Shown here piece by piece: positions 63,771-64,000 of a stretch of DNA of 64,000 nucleotides. Origin of the DNA: Camelus dromedarius (lineage: Eukaryota); NCBI RefSeq assembly GCF_036321535.1, contig NC_087436.1, forward strand, positions 62,808,001 through 62,872,000. The letters are read 5' to 3'. A program made the translations under genes and the position numbers. The stretch's first letter is position 1, and each line of letters starts with the position of its first letter. The notes beneath the pieces were generated by a model. The model made no database searches. It saw only the letters and a program-made list of their open reading frames with translations, and was not told where the DNA came from.

Positions 63771-64000
63771 AATAGAGTCTGTGTTAGATTAATGATGTTT
63801 GTTTTTCATATTTCTTAATTGTATCTTTTCTGACATAACCAGCCTTCAAATTGTCAGTTAAATGAATTGTTATTTTAGTTCTAACAGAATAATTCTGGAT
63901 TCTATCTTGAAAAGCAATTTTTTTAGCTTTATGGGAAGTGGATTTGTGGGAAGTAAACTAATGGTGGATGCATGTAATAGTTTATTAACCAAATCCTGTT

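Noticed and set aside
1..64000. CRISPR array, tRNA/rRNA genes, operon-like or prokaryotic defence systems, processed pseudogenes
   Set aside because: No regularly spaced repeats, RNA-gene signatures, long ORFs or recognisable mRNA copies; the sequence is mammalian repeat-rich non-coding DNA.

Overview
AT-rich, CpG-depleted eutherian genomic DNA. It is most likely cetartiodactyl and probably camelid, inferred from the young L1 3'-UTRs ending ...gaaattgacacaacattgtaa(c/aa)tgactata(c/a)(t/c)tcaataaa and the absence of recognisable Alu/B1/Bov-tA/PRE1/Can-SINE/ERE SINEs. I recognise no protein-coding gene, tRNA, rRNA, CRISPR or prokaryotic system. The window looks like intergenic DNA or deep intron, layered with decayed transposons: young and old L1, L2, MIR, MaLR/ERVL/ERV1 solo LTRs, and Tigger1-, MER58-, MER102- and hAT-type DNA transposons. 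The short ORFs in the track are L1 ORF2 remnants, antisense L1 frames or chance ORFs. The most notable structures are a composite L1 at 4250-5625 (5'UTR-like sequence fused to the ORF2 C-terminus, followed by an endonuclease-to-3'UTR fusion) and three 5'-inverted (twin-primed) L1 insertions within 7 kb. There is also a hAT-like element with an 8-bp TSD inside an L1, several nested insertions, and a few weak exon or enhancer candidates in unique sequence. Family names come from recalled consensus sequences and were not checked against a database; boundaries of old repeats are approximate.
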